This document shows positions 8,121 through 16,969 of a stretch of DNA of 34,297 nucleotides, in pieces. The stretch's first letter is position 1, and every line of letters starts with the position of its first letter. Below the pieces are notes generated by a model. It searched no databases. It was not told the origin of the DNA and worked only from the letters and a program-made list of their open reading frames with translations. Source of the DNA: a virus. Lineage: Duplodnaviria; Caudoviricetes. The stretch lies in IMG/VR virus record IMGVR_UViG_3300010043_000002, positions 1 through 34,297 of that record; one strand, written 5' to 3'. The translations under genes were made by a program, and so were the position numbers.

Positions 8121-8393
8121 ATGCGCGCTGAATGCTTCGACCGTCTGATCGATCCCCACACTCACGCCGTCCTGGCCGCCTATGGTTGGATCAGTGAAAG
8201 AAAAGAGCTGGTAGGAAAATATTGGGTAAGCGTCGAACGCGATCCCTATCTTTTTTTTCCAACCCAAGAAGCCGCCAGGCAATTTTTCAAACTCGCATCC
8301 GATACGCTCAAAGCGCGCTCGCAGGCGCGGGCGCGATCAATCAAAAATTTGCGCTATAGGCGCAAACAAGCCGCCGCATTAGTCGCGGCGTGA
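8121..8393 (+). CDS. Hypothetical protein
   Basis: ORF in the rightward operon; GTGA overlap with the next gene. Confidence 0.6.
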   Translation: MRAECFDRLIDPHTHAVLAAYGWISERKELVGKYWVSVERDPYLFFPTQEAARQFFKLASDTLKARSQARARSIKNLRYRRKQAAALVAA

Positions 8394-8701
8394 ATGGAGA
8401 TGAAATGCCGCATGACAAGTTTCTATCGTTTCGAGAAGTCGCCGAGCTGATTGGCCTGAAAGTCGGGACGCTTCGCAACGGCGAGGGCGGAACCGCCGAC
8501 ATCCCGCGAATGAAGATCGGCGGGCGCGTCCTGTTCTCACAGCGCGCCGTCGAGCAGTGGATGGCCCGCAAGGCCCGCGAAGCGGCCGATAAAGCGGCCG
8601 GCGCAAGAAACCCGATGGATCGCCTGGACAGACGGCGCCGCAGGCAAACGGCCGGCAAGCCTTTAACGCTCGCTGTGATCAACGGAGGAAAGATCAAATG
8701 A
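8390..8701 (+). CDS. HTH excisionase-like (MerR/AlpA-type) DNA-binding protein
   Basis: FLSFREVAELIGLKVGTLRN...IPRMKIGGRVLF...VEQWM. Confidence 0.8.
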   Translation: MNGDEMPHDKFLSFREVAELIGLKVGTLRNGEGGTADIPRMKIGGRVLFSQRAVEQWMARKAREAADKAAGARNPMDRLDRRRRRQTAGKPLTLAVINGGKIK

Positions 8702-8919
8702 AAATAAACGAAGCGAACATAAAAGAGATTGAGCTTTTGGTTCTCACGCTCGAAGGCCGCGAGGAGGACGCTAAGGCGATGCTGCGCACAATGGGCATGG
8801 GCGAAAGGCGCCGGCTGCAAGAGGCGATCTTTTCTCTGTCCTACTGGATCTCAGAGACCAATACGGCGCCGGTTGGGATTGGGCGGCTCGCGGTCAAGAA
8901 AGTTGAGGCGAAGAAATGA
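8698..8919 (+). CDS. Hypothetical protein
   Basis: GGAGG RBS; ATGA coupling on both sides. Confidence 0.65.
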   Translation: MKINEANIKEIELLVLTLEGREEDAKAMLRTMGMGERRRLQEAIFSLSYWISETNTAPVGIGRLAVKKVEAKK

Positions 8920-9131
8920 CGGCCCAGTACATTCAAGTCAATCGCCGGCGCTTCGCCTACATGCTCGGTAACACGTTCTTAGGCGTGTGGGAACTGAAAC
9001 CGCTCGATCCGGCGCTGCGCGTCCAGCGCTATCAAAAGCTTTCGTTTGTGTTCGAGCGTCCCGACACGGTAGAGCGGAAATGGCTTCGCGAGCGAATCAT
9101 TCAACAAATCGAAAAACAAACCGACCGATAA
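8916..9131 (+). CDS. Hypothetical protein
   Basis: ATGA coupling. Confidence 0.6.
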   Translation: MTAQYIQVNRRRFAYMLGNTFLGVWELKPLDPALRVQRYQKLSFVFERPDTVERKWLRERIIQQIEKQTDR

Positions 9132-9219
9132 AAAAAGCCGCAAGCCAAGCGGCTCGCGGCATGAAATCTCACATGTAAATTTAAACAAGGCATTTTAACC
9201 GCCAGAGAGGAGAAATGAA

Positions 9220-9513
9220 ATGCGATATAGACAAGCCCTATGGGAAGCCAACGAATACGCCGACGCGAGGGCAGCGCTCTTGGAATGTCGCAAGATCAAC
9301 CCGGAGTATCCGGGCGCCGTGGCCGAGCGCATAGGCGATATGTTCGAACTGATCAAGCGAGCGCTCGCGCCGATCGAAGAAGAAGCCGAGCGGCGCGATC
9401 ACGCGATCTCGATAGGCAAGGGAGATTACTATCGCGAAATGCATGACCTGGCCGCCGATTTTCATGAGCTGATCATCGGCGTTTTGAAAACGGGAGGAGG
9501 CAAGGCCGCATGA
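9220..9513 (+). CDS. Hypothetical protein
   Basis: GAGGAG RBS; ATGA overlap with the next gene. Confidence 0.7.
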   Translation: MRYRQALWEANEYADARAALLECRKINPEYPGAVAERIGDMFELIKRALAPIEEEAERRDHAISIGKGDYYREMHDLAADFHELIIGVLKTGGGKAA

Positions 9514-10439
9514 ACACTCAACTCGCCACGCAAACGACAACCGTTGACGAATGGGAGATCTTGAAAAAGATCATAGCTAAAGGCGATCTCGCCGACCTAA
9601 GCCCTGAACAGCAGTTGATTTATTATGTCGGGATCTGCAAGCGGCATAAGCTCGACCCGCTGTCGAAGCCATTCGACTTTTTGGAATGGGTTGATAGGAA
9701 AGGCCGGCGCAAAGTCGTTCTCTACGCCAACAAGGAATGCGGCGCGCAATTGCGCCTAGATAGGGATGTCTCGATCTATCGCATAGACGAGATAGAAGAG
9801 AACGATTTTTACAAGGTCACGGCCTACGCCCGCACGCCGGACGGCCGCGAAGATCTCGACAAGGGCGTCGTCTATGTTGGCGGCCTATCCGGCGAGTATT
9901 ACGCCAGCGCAATCAAATCGGCCGTGACGCAAGCGAAACGCCGAGTGACGCTATCAATCTGTGGTTTGGGAATGCTCGACGAAACTGAGGTCGACGATGT
10001 TCCCGGCGCCCGCCGCATAGAAGATCCCGACACTGAGGCGCCGGCGCCCGATCGCAAACCATCATCGCTCGATCAGTGGAAAGCGGGCCGGGCGCTCGCC
10101 ATGCGGATCATCGATCTCTCCACGCGGCTCAAGAACATGGGCGTCCCGGAGGAGGTCATCAAGTCGTGGTTGCCGGCCGGTCTGACGTCTCGCAAGGATC
10201 TCGACGAAAAGCAGGCTGTCGAGTTCATAGAGAATCTGACGATCAGAATAAGGCTCAATAACCTTTGCGCGGCGCTCTCTGATAAGGGCGTCAAGAAGGG
10301 ACAGATACTTGAGCATATGCCAGAGGGCGTCACGTCGCTCCGGGATCTCACTTTGCCGCAGGCGTCCCGGCTCGCCGCCGATTTCGGCGTCTGGTTATCG
10401 AAGATCGGCGGAAGGGAGGACGCGCATCCCCAAGATTGA
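9510..10439 (+). CDS. RecT/Bet-like single-strand annealing protein
   Basis: 'YY..IC....LDPL.KPFD' and 'A.TQAKRRVTLSICGLGMLDETEV' resemble phage Redbeta/RecT-type recombinases; duplicated C-terminal helical repeat. Confidence 0.65.
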   Translation: MNTQLATQTTTVDEWEILKKIIAKGDLADLSPEQQLIYYVGICKRHKLDPLSKPFDFLEWVDRKGRRKVVLYANKECGAQLRLDRDVSIYRIDEIEENDFYKVTAYARTPDGREDLDKGVVYVGGLSGEYYASAIKSAVTQAKRRVTLSICGLGMLDETEVDDVPGARRIEDPDTEAPAPDRKPSSLDQWKAGRALAMRIIDLSTRLKNMGVPEEVIKSWLPAGLTSRKDLDEKQAVEFIENLTIRIRLNNLCAALSDKGVKKGQILEHMPEGVTSLRDLTLPQASRLAADFGVWLSKIGGREDAHPQD

Positions 10440-10734
10440 AATAGCGATCACTGAAAAGCTCGGCGAGACGGCCGGCAAAATGCTGCATGGTTTCGAAGTC
10501 GCGCAGAAAGTCTCTTACGAGAGCGAAGAGGAAGCCTGCAAATCCCTGACACCGGCGCTCTCTTACATTATCCCGCGAGTCGTGCTGATGGCGATTTACA
10601 TGTTGCAAGAGCGAAGCGGAGGCGCGGCTCAAGGGCTGAGCCTCGGCGATAAGAACGACTCGACGACTTTAGAAAAAATGATGAATGAGCTGATGAACAA
10701 GCTCGAAAACGAATTCCCTGAAGAGATCGCGTAA
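10426..10734 (+). CDS. Hypothetical protein (start uncertain)
   Basis: Open frame with protein-like composition; GGGAGG RBS is followed by ATC rather than ATG, next ATG at 10480. Confidence 0.5.
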   Translation: MPKIEIAITEKLGETAGKMLHGFEVAQKVSYESEEEACKSLTPALSYIIPRVVLMAIYMLQERSGGAAQGLSLGDKNDSTTLEKMMNELMNKLENEFPEEIA

Positions 10735-10832
10735 GAACCGTTCGGTAACTTCTCACTATTCCCCCCTCATAGGCCGCGCCTGCGGATCGGCCGGCCATCA
10801 TATCCACGCCATTCATACACAGAGACTATGTC

Positions 10833-12107
10833 ATGCCTGCTAAAGAAAATAGTAAGCGAAAGGCGAAGCGCGCCGAACTGGAGATCCCAACCGCAGAAGA
10901 GATATTCGACAAGCCCCCGGCGCCGCCGCCGCCGCTCTCGCCCGCATGGACGGATGATTCGATCGCGCGCCAGCTCGCCGATGACGCCATAGCCGAGACG
11001 CTTCTAGACGAGATAATTCATGAACCGCCGCCCGCGCCGGCGCCGGCGAAGAAGGAAAAGAAGAAAAGCGAGCGAGTGATCGAAGACGCGCTTTCTCGCA
11101 TAGTGGACGCGCAAACCATTTTGGACACTCACTACCCGGAACCGATGTGGGCGGTAAAAGGCGTCATTCCAGAGGGCACGACGTTCATAGCCGGCCCGCC
11201 GAAACTGGGCAAGTCGATCTTTTGTCTCAATATCGCCGTCGCCGTCGCCGAAGGCGGGAAAGCCCTATCGTATTTCGACGTTGAGCGTGGATCGGTTCTA
11301 TACCTGGCGCTCGAAGACAGCGAGCGGCGAATTCAGAAGAGGCTCAAACAGCTTGTGACTCGACAGCTTTCTGGCAATCTCAAAGTCGCGACTAAATGGC
11401 CCCGGTTGAATTTGGGCGGCCTGGAGGCGATAGAGGCGTGGGCGCAACGCAGAGACGACGCCCGACTTTTGATCGTCGACACTTTCAAAATGCTTCGCCC
11501 GATACGGCAGGGCGTCCACAACAATGTCAACGCCTACGATCTCGACTACGAAGATGTGGCGCCGCTTACCGAATTCGCGTCCGCGAACCAGATCTGTTTA
11601 GTGATCGTCACTCACACTCGCAAAGCTATGGCCGATGATCCACTGGCTACCGTCAGTGGTTCATTTGGACTAACAGGCGCCGCCGATGGCGTGTTAGTCC
11701 TAGCTAGGCAGCGTAACAGTAGGACAGCTACTCTCACGGTAATAGGTAGAGACGTGGAGGAACAGGAACTAGCTCTAGAGTTCTCACCCGATATTTACTC
11801 ATGGGCGGTTCTTGGAAAGAGTGAAAGCGTCAAACAGAGAGACGAGCGGAGCGAGATTTTAGATCTACTACAAGACAGCGATGAGCCGCTCTCACCTGGA
11901 GAGATCGCCGTCATGCTTGATCGTCCTAGAGGCGCCATTCGAATGCGACTCTTGCGCATGCGCAGAGATCGCGAGCTGTCGCTTTTCGGGAGAGGCAATT
12001 ATCACTTGCCTAACTATGAACCACGTATGAAACAAACGATTAGAAATGGGTATGATGAGAGATGGAGAGATGTCACATTGTCACAGTTAGAGGATGACGA
12101 AGTGTGA
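10833..12107 (+). CDS. AAA_25/RepA-type (RecA-fold) replicative helicase with C-terminal HTH
   Basis: Walker A GPPKLGKS, YLALED, Walker B LLIVDT, HTRK, GS.GLTGAAD. Confidence 0.88.
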   Translation: MPAKENSKRKAKRAELEIPTAEEIFDKPPAPPPPLSPAWTDDSIARQLADDAIAETLLDEIIHEPPPAPAPAKKEKKKSERVIEDALSRIVDAQTILDTHYPEPMWAVKGVIPEGTTFIAGPPKLGKSIFCLNIAVAVAEGGKALSYFDVERGSVLYLALEDSERRIQKRLKQLVTRQLSGNLKVATKWPRLNLGGLEAIEAWAQRRDDARLLIVDTFKMLRPIRQGVHNNVNAYDLDYEDVAPLTEFASANQICLVIVTHTRKAMADDPLATVSGSFGLTGAADGVLVLARQRNSRTATLTVIGRDVEEQELALEFSPDIYSWAVLGKSESVKQRDERSEILDLLQDSDEPLSPGEIAVMLDRPRGAIRMRLLRMRRDRELSLFGRGNYHLPNYEPRMKQTIRNGYDERWRDVTLSQLEDDEV

Positions 12108-12290
12108 CATTTAAAGTGTTATGAATAAAGTAATTTATAGCTACTTGTCACATTGTCACAGCATGTGTATAGGAAATCGTATACACATGCTGTGACAAGG
12201 TGACAAGTAGCTATAACTGTAATGCTTACAACAATATAAATGTCACATTTCGATTGTCACAAATTGTCACTGGCTGTAGAGGTGTGACAA
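12070..12290. repeat. Probable replication origin: TGTCAC/GTGACA iterons around a 37-bp-arm palindrome
   Basis: Arms 12135-12171 and 12180-12216 (one mismatch, 8-nt loop); about ten TGTCAC/GTGACA units; AT-rich; directly after the helicase. Confidence 0.75.
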
Positions 12291-12341
12291 TCTCTAATGT
12301 GAACCATAGGTGAAACAAAACCCTAATAAAAGGAGGCTGTC

Positions 12342-13523
12342 ATGAAATTCCACGAAGTCGTAGACATCTTCCCGATGATGTCTGCTGATGAGTTCAATAC
12401 GCTTAAAACCGACATCGCCGAGAACGGCCAGCGGGAACCGATATGGATATATAAAGGGCAGATCATTGATGGACGGAATAGATATAAAGCATGTGAAGCG
12501 CTTGGACTAAATCCAGTAACACAAGAGTGGGACGGAACGGGATCTCTTACGTTATTCGTGGTATCAATGAACCTACACAGGCGCCATTTAAATAGTAGCC
12601 AAAAAGCCGTAGTAGGTGAAGAAATCGAAAAGCGATTAGCTATAGAGGCCAAGGAAAAAGAAAAGCATCGTAAAACCAAAAATAATGTAAATGGAAATGA
12701 CGCGACTTTTGAAAATTTTCAAAAGTCGCTATCTATTCATGCGGCTGAGCAAGCGGCCGTCGCCGTTGGCGCAAACGCTCATTACATTGTAGACGTAAAA
12801 AAGCTGCCGCCCGACATCAAGGAAAGAGTAAAAAAAGGCGAGATAAATATTCCAGCCGCTAAGCGTGAGATGAAGGTGCGAGAAACCGCTTTAGTAAGAA
12901 ACCAAGCCGCCTCGAGCATCAAAAAGACTAACAGTCAAATAATCGTTGGCGACTTCTGGAATAACGCTGAAAAGATACCAGACAATTCCATTGCGCTTAT
13001 TTTTACCGATCCGCCATATAACAAAGAAGCTGAAAAGTTATTGACCAACCTGGCCGAGTTCGCCGCCAGAAAGCTCGCGCCAGGCGGGAGCGCCCTGTTC
13101 TATATAGGCCATTTGCAATTGCCCGCTACGTTCAAAGCGTTTGAAGGTAAATTGCGATATTGGTGGATGTGCGCGACTTTTCATAATGACGATCTGGCGA
13201 TTATGAAATATTACGGTATTCGAGTGGGATGGAAGCCTATTATATGGTTTGTAAAAGAAAGCCGTTATGACAACACAAATCTAGTAGTAGACACGATGAT
13301 ATCGAGTCAGAAAGAGAAAAAATTTCATGACTGGCAGCAACCCGAATATGAAGCTAGTTACTGGATCGAAAAACTATGCCCGCCAGACGGGATCGTTTGC
13401 GATCCGTTCTTAGGCGGCGGGACTACAGCCGCCGCCGCCCAGAGGCTAAAACGAAAATGGATCGGGTTTGAGATAAACCCCGAGACGGCCCGTATTGCGT
13501 CGGCTAGATTGGAGGGAAAATGA
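12342..13523 (+). CDS. ParB-like N-terminal domain fused to an N6A/N4C DNA methyltransferase
   Basis: IIDGRNRYKAC and NLHRRHL (ParB-like); FTDPPY and DPFLGGGTT (beta-class amino-MTase order). Confidence 0.88.
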   Translation: MKFHEVVDIFPMMSADEFNTLKTDIAENGQREPIWIYKGQIIDGRNRYKACEALGLNPVTQEWDGTGSLTLFVVSMNLHRRHLNSSQKAVVGEEIEKRLAIEAKEKEKHRKTKNNVNGNDATFENFQKSLSIHAAEQAAVAVGANAHYIVDVKKLPPDIKERVKKGEINIPAAKREMKVRETALVRNQAASSIKKTNSQIIVGDFWNNAEKIPDNSIALIFTDPPYNKEAEKLLTNLAEFAARKLAPGGSALFYIGHLQLPATFKAFEGKLRYWWMCATFHNDDLAIMKYYGIRVGWKPIIWFVKESRYDNTNLVVDTMISSQKEKKFHDWQQPEYEASYWIEKLCPPDGIVCDPFLGGGTTAAAAQRLKRKWIGFEINPETARIASARLEGK

Positions 13524-14107
13524 CTAAGCCTTTCAACGTGCGTATCACATGTGAAAACTGCGGATATCAAACGACGGCTGAGACGGCTTTCGGCCGATGG
13601 ATGCGAAATGAACCTGACCTTTGTTCATCGAAGGGTATCATTCGAACTGACACGGATCATACGATACTCAGATATAAGACCGCCGCAGAAGGTAAGGAAT
13701 ACCAGTTGATTATCGACTTAGAGGTCAAAGAATTTCTGAGCCAACCCGATCCAGCGCAAAAGACAATCCTGCTATTCAAGCATCAATTGGCGAATATTAC
13801 AGGACGGAACATGTACGGCGCCGTGACACGCATGACACGCAAACTGAAATCATTCATTATGGGTAGGCGCGTAAACGTGCGTTATCTTGGCTATCATCTA
13901 CTGCAATTCGAAAAGACAAACCCTAAAGACTCGACGCTGATCCTTTGGGATCACAAGCCCGTCGACTGCGAGACTCTGAAAAAACTTCTATTGATAGAGA
14001 TCGATCCTTACACGTTTCGTCCAATGGAACATCTCTTGCGCGATCGCCACGCGCGGGATGATGAATCATGGCTTTTTGAGATAGATCATATTCGCCCGCC
14101 AAAGTGA
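13520..14107 (+). CDS. Hypothetical protein, possible PD-(D/E)XK nuclease fold
   Basis: ATGA-coupled to the MTase; CENC, then D...LEVK pattern. Confidence 0.55.
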   Translation: MTKPFNVRITCENCGYQTTAETAFGRWMRNEPDLCSSKGIIRTDTDHTILRYKTAAEGKEYQLIIDLEVKEFLSQPDPAQKTILLFKHQLANITGRNMYGAVTRMTRKLKSFIMGRRVNVRYLGYHLLQFEKTNPKDSTLILWDHKPVDCETLKKLLLIEIDPYTFRPMEHLLRDRHARDDESWLFEIDHIRPPK

Positions 14108-14162
14108 TCGCGTGTTTTGATCATTGGATAAAGAGATATATAATACCGCCACGCAAATGAAG

Positions 14163-14226
14163 TGGCCCTGCGCCGCAATACAGTTGAGCGCAGGGCCAAA
14201 TCGCCAACAACGAACACTTAACGGAG
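14163..14226 (+). repeat. Distant relative of the cassette element upstream of hicBA
   Basis: TGGCCCTGCGC...GCGCAGGGCCA hairpin followed by CAACAAC-GAACACTTAACGGAG. Confidence 0.55.
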
Positions 14227-14276
14227 TATTGTCAGCGATGAATAATCCTATCACACCAAACGCCAACTCGAAAAAC

Positions 14277-14492
14277 ATGACTAAAGAAATTACGCTTACC
14301 GCGTCCGTCTGGCCGGAAGAAGACGGCTTCGTTTCTCAATGCGTGGAGTACGATGTTTCAAGCTGCGGAGACACAGAAGAGGAGGCTTTAGACAATCTTA
14401 TTGAAGCCGTCGAGCTGTATCTCGAAGATCCGACGCCGACTGTAGCGCCTAGAATCGTTTTACAGTTTAAGGTTGAAGCCCATGCCGCTTAA
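14277..14492 (+). CDS. hicB: HicB-family antitoxin (short form); start may be 14238
   Basis: ASVWPEEDGFVSQC.E.DVSSCGDTEEEALDNLIEAVELYLE. Confidence 0.85.
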   Translation: MTKEITLTASVWPEEDGFVSQCVEYDVSSCGDTEEEALDNLIEAVELYLEDPTPTVAPRIVLQFKVEAHAA

Positions 14493-14706
14493 AACACTAC
14501 CCTATCGCGAGGTGAAGCGTCGGCTTGAGTCGGCGGGATTTTCCATCGTTAGCCAGAAGGGGAGTCATGTGAAATTTAAATTAGTCACTGCGTTTGGGGA
14601 GCGCATAGCAATCGTTCCCAAAAGAAAAAAAGGCGTTCTCGCCGGGACGATTGGCGGCATTCTCAAACAGACTGGCATATCGGTTGAAGAATGGGATGAG
14701 CTTTGA
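14482..14706 (+). CDS. hicA: HicA-family mRNA interferase toxin
   Basis: REV.RRLE.AGF.IVSQKGSHVKF...IVP...GTI.GILKQ.GIS.EEW. Confidence 0.88.
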   Translation: MPLKTLPYREVKRRLESAGFSIVSQKGSHVKFKLVTAFGERIAIVPKRKKGVLAGTIGGILKQTGISVEEWDEL

Positions 14707-14718
14707 GGAGGAAAAACA

Positions 14719-14922
14719 ATGAACAACGCCCGATTGATAAACAAGATCACAAGCCTTGAAGTTGAGCTACGCAAAAAAGACGATCAGCTATATAGCCTGA
14801 TCGAAAAGGGCCGCGAGTCTGAAGAGGAGGCCAGGCGCCTTGCGTTTAAAGTATCTACGCTCGAAACCACTATTGAAGACTTGCGCGCGAAAATCGCCGA
14901 GCTAGAGGCCCGGCTTAAATGA
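14719..14922 (+). CDS. Small coiled-coil protein
   Basis: GAGGAGG RBS; heptad pattern. Confidence 0.7.
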   Translation: MNNARLINKITSLEVELRKKDDQLYSLIEKGRESEEEARRLAFKVSTLETTIEDLRAKIAELEARLK

Positions 14923-14935
14923 AAGGTGAAAGCAT

Positions 14936-15331
14936 ATGAACATGAGATTGACGGAAAAACGAAACGAACTAGAGCTTACTGTATCGGAGCTGGCCAACCT
15001 GCTAGGCGTGAGCGCGATCGAACTCGCGGCATGGGAGCGCGACGAAGCGTCATGCCCTTTTCAGAGAATGCTTGAACTCGCGCTGGAAGCCATCGAGGCT
15101 GACACAGCCGTTGATCGGCTCATTGAAAAGGTGAAGGGGTTAGGCTCCGAAGGGGAAAGAAGCGTTTTCCTGGCGCTCGCTGAAGACGAGATCGCCAGGA
15201 TAGAAGAGCGCCATGCCAAACGGGAGAAAGAAAAAGAGCGCAGCAAAGCATGGTGGACGGAACATAACCGATGGTGCGAAGAGCATGGCATGCCTGTGCG
15301 AGACGCGGCCAAGAGTTTAGAACAAGCCTAG
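14936..15331 (+). CDS. XRE-family HTH protein
   Basis: RL.EKRNELELTVSELANLLGVS..ELAAWER. Confidence 0.75.
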   Translation: MNMRLTEKRNELELTVSELANLLGVSAIELAAWERDEASCPFQRMLELALEAIEADTAVDRLIEKVKGLGSEGERSVFLALAEDEIARIEERHAKREKEKERSKAWWTEHNRWCEEHGMPVRDAAKSLEQA

Positions 15332-15900
15332 TCTCTCAATAGCCGATAAACCGTAGCCCGCCCTATGCGAAGGCGTTCCGCGATCTCTGTCGCCGAAACG
15401 CCTTCGCTTCTCAATTGCAAGACTTCAATTCTTTTCCTGCGCGAGATCGGCGGCCTTCCCCATTTCTTGTGTTTCGCGCGATATGTGGCGATCCCCGCCT
15501 TGACGTTCTCAACGATCATTTCCCGCTCGAACTGCGCGAAAACCGCGAGTATGCCCGCCATCATTCGCCCGGCCGGCGACGTCAAGTCTATTTGCTCACA
15601 GAGCGAAACAAACGCGACTCTATGAGCTTGGAGATCGTCAAGCGTCATCAGTAGATCGGGCGTCGAGCGGCCCCAACGGTTGAGCTTCCAGCACAAGACG
15701 ACATCGATCTTGCCGGAGCGCGCCAGCTTGATGATCTGCTCGCGCCCGGCGCGATCGTTTTTCTTGCCGGTCTCCGCCTCTTGAACTTCGGCCGCCACAG
15801 TCCAACCGCGAAGCTTCGCATAGTCGCGCATGCTCTCAAGCTGCATCGGGATCGAATGCTGATCGCGCGTCGAGACCCTGGCGTATAGCGCCGCTCTCAT
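15328..15900 (-). CDS. Small serine recombinase (resolvase/invertase) with C-terminal HTH
   Basis: MRAALYARVST...Q...KLNRWGRS...AQFERE.I.E...G....WGRP; start at 15900 by ATGA overlap. Confidence 0.92.
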   Translation of the reverse strand: MRAALYARVSTRDQHSIPMQLESMRDYAKLRGWTVAAEVQEAETGKKNDRAGREQIIKLARSGKIDVVLCWKLNRWGRSTPDLLMTLDDLQAHRVAFVSLCEQIDLTSPAGRMMAGILAVFAQFEREMIVENVKAGIATYRAKHKKWGRPPISRRKRIEVLQLRSEGVSATEIAERLRIGRATVYRLLRD

Positions 15901-16310
15901 ACGCCGACCGCCTTGAATTTTTCTATCTCTGATGGTTTCGGCCCGACGAAGATCGAAGGCGGAAGCGGGATCTCTACGCCGACCGGGCGCCATAGATGCA
16001 AAACGTTCGGATGACAATTGACATACTCTGAACGCGGCGGATGATATTCAATGACGCAATCCTCTTCATCCCAAAACAAGCTTTTGACATAACACATTTC
16101 ATCCCATACCGGCGTTATGACTCGCTTGCCCTGGCGGGCGCTGACAGAGACGTGTTCCCATCCCTTGCCGTTCGACGCGATCGCCACAAGCTGTCGGTTG
16201 CCGATCTTGGGCGGCAGAAGGAAGGCGCCGAAGTCGGGACAGCTCTCAGCGTCCTGAAAGAACGGGACGCGCGGATCTTGAGTTCTGAATTTTTCGGGCA
16301 CTTTCCACAT
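15897..16310 (-). CDS. Conserved phage hypothetical protein
   Basis: GWEHVSVS...P.WDEMC.VK.LFW..E...EYHPP.SEYVN.HP..LHLWRP. Confidence 0.8.
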   Translation of the reverse strand: MWKVPEKFRTQDPRVPFFQDAESCPDFGAFLLPPKIGNRQLVAIASNGKGWEHVSVSARQGKRVITPVWDEMCYVKSLFWDEEDCVIEYHPPRSEYVNCHPNVLHLWRPVGVEIPLPPSIFVGPKPSEIEKFKAVGV

Positions 16311-16339
16311 AGTCTAAATAACCCCCTGAAAACTGGCGT

Positions 16340-16460
16340 TCCACTGAGCGATTATATTGTATTTTACGCGACTGTCTCAAAATTCTCTCAAGCTAGAGTT
16401 TGTGATACGCTAACCCATGAACTAACATTCTCTCCTTAATTCTTTAATAGAAGTTAGACT
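16340..16460. promoter_or_regulatory. Candidate res site / divergent promoter
   Basis: Non-coding region upstream of the resolvase operon with a TGTCTCAAAA...TTTGTGATAC imperfect inverted repeat. Confidence 0.35.
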
Positions 16461-16472
16461 CATGGAGGCGAA

Positions 16473-16733
16473 ATGAAAGATCATCTTGAATCGGGCGCCG
16501 CTCTTGAGCGCTTAAAACTGGTTTACCATAAGCTCAAAGTCGTTGAAGGCTTGTTTGAAATGACGCTCTGCGCGACTGTGACTCCAACGACTTTCATCGA
16601 GCTAGGAAAAGATCTATACCATCTTAAGAGCGTCGCGGATGAAATGGCTTCCATCCTGCGCGAAGTTTTTCCCGAAGGGATCGAACCGCCAGTAGTCGAA
16701 GAGTTCAAGAGCCGCCTTTCAGAATCCGAATAG
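16473..16733 (+). CDS. Hypothetical protein
   Basis: GGAGG RBS; 86 aa. Confidence 0.65.
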   Translation: MKDHLESGAALERLKLVYHKLKVVEGLFEMTLCATVTPTTFIELGKDLYHLKSVADEMASILREVFPEGIEPPVVEEFKSRLSESE

Positions 16734-16902
16734 CGCGTAGAATGCCCCGCATTCGCGTTTAGAAGCCCGCCAGTAAATCTAAAAGAAAGCCCGCGACACT
16801 CCCCTATCGCGGGCTTCGTAGCGTTTGGTGAAAGTAAAGCTGAGGGTTGCAGTTCGAATTTGCGATTTTGACAAGACCCAAACTGGCAGCGAGACTATCT
16901 CA

Positions 16903-16949
16903 CAAAAAAGATGGCCGCAAGCGCCTCGAATGCCTGCGGCCATCTTTTG
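16903..16949 (-). terminator. Terminator ending the late operon (possibly bidirectional)
   Basis: AAAAGATGGCCGCA...TGCGGCCATCTTTT stem with A/T runs on both sides. Confidence 0.75.
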
Positions 16950-16969
16950 CGGAAGAAATGTCTACTAAA

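Noticed and set aside
10833-12107. Packaging ATPase
   Set aside because: Motifs and context (next to the origin and recombinase) fit a RecA-fold RepA/AAA_25 helicase rather than an FtsK/HerA or terminase ATPase
15901-16017. N-terminal extension of the resolvase in the ORF track
   Set aside because: Overlaps the upstream gene; the family-typical start MRAALYARVS is at 15900 with an RBS and ATGA coupling
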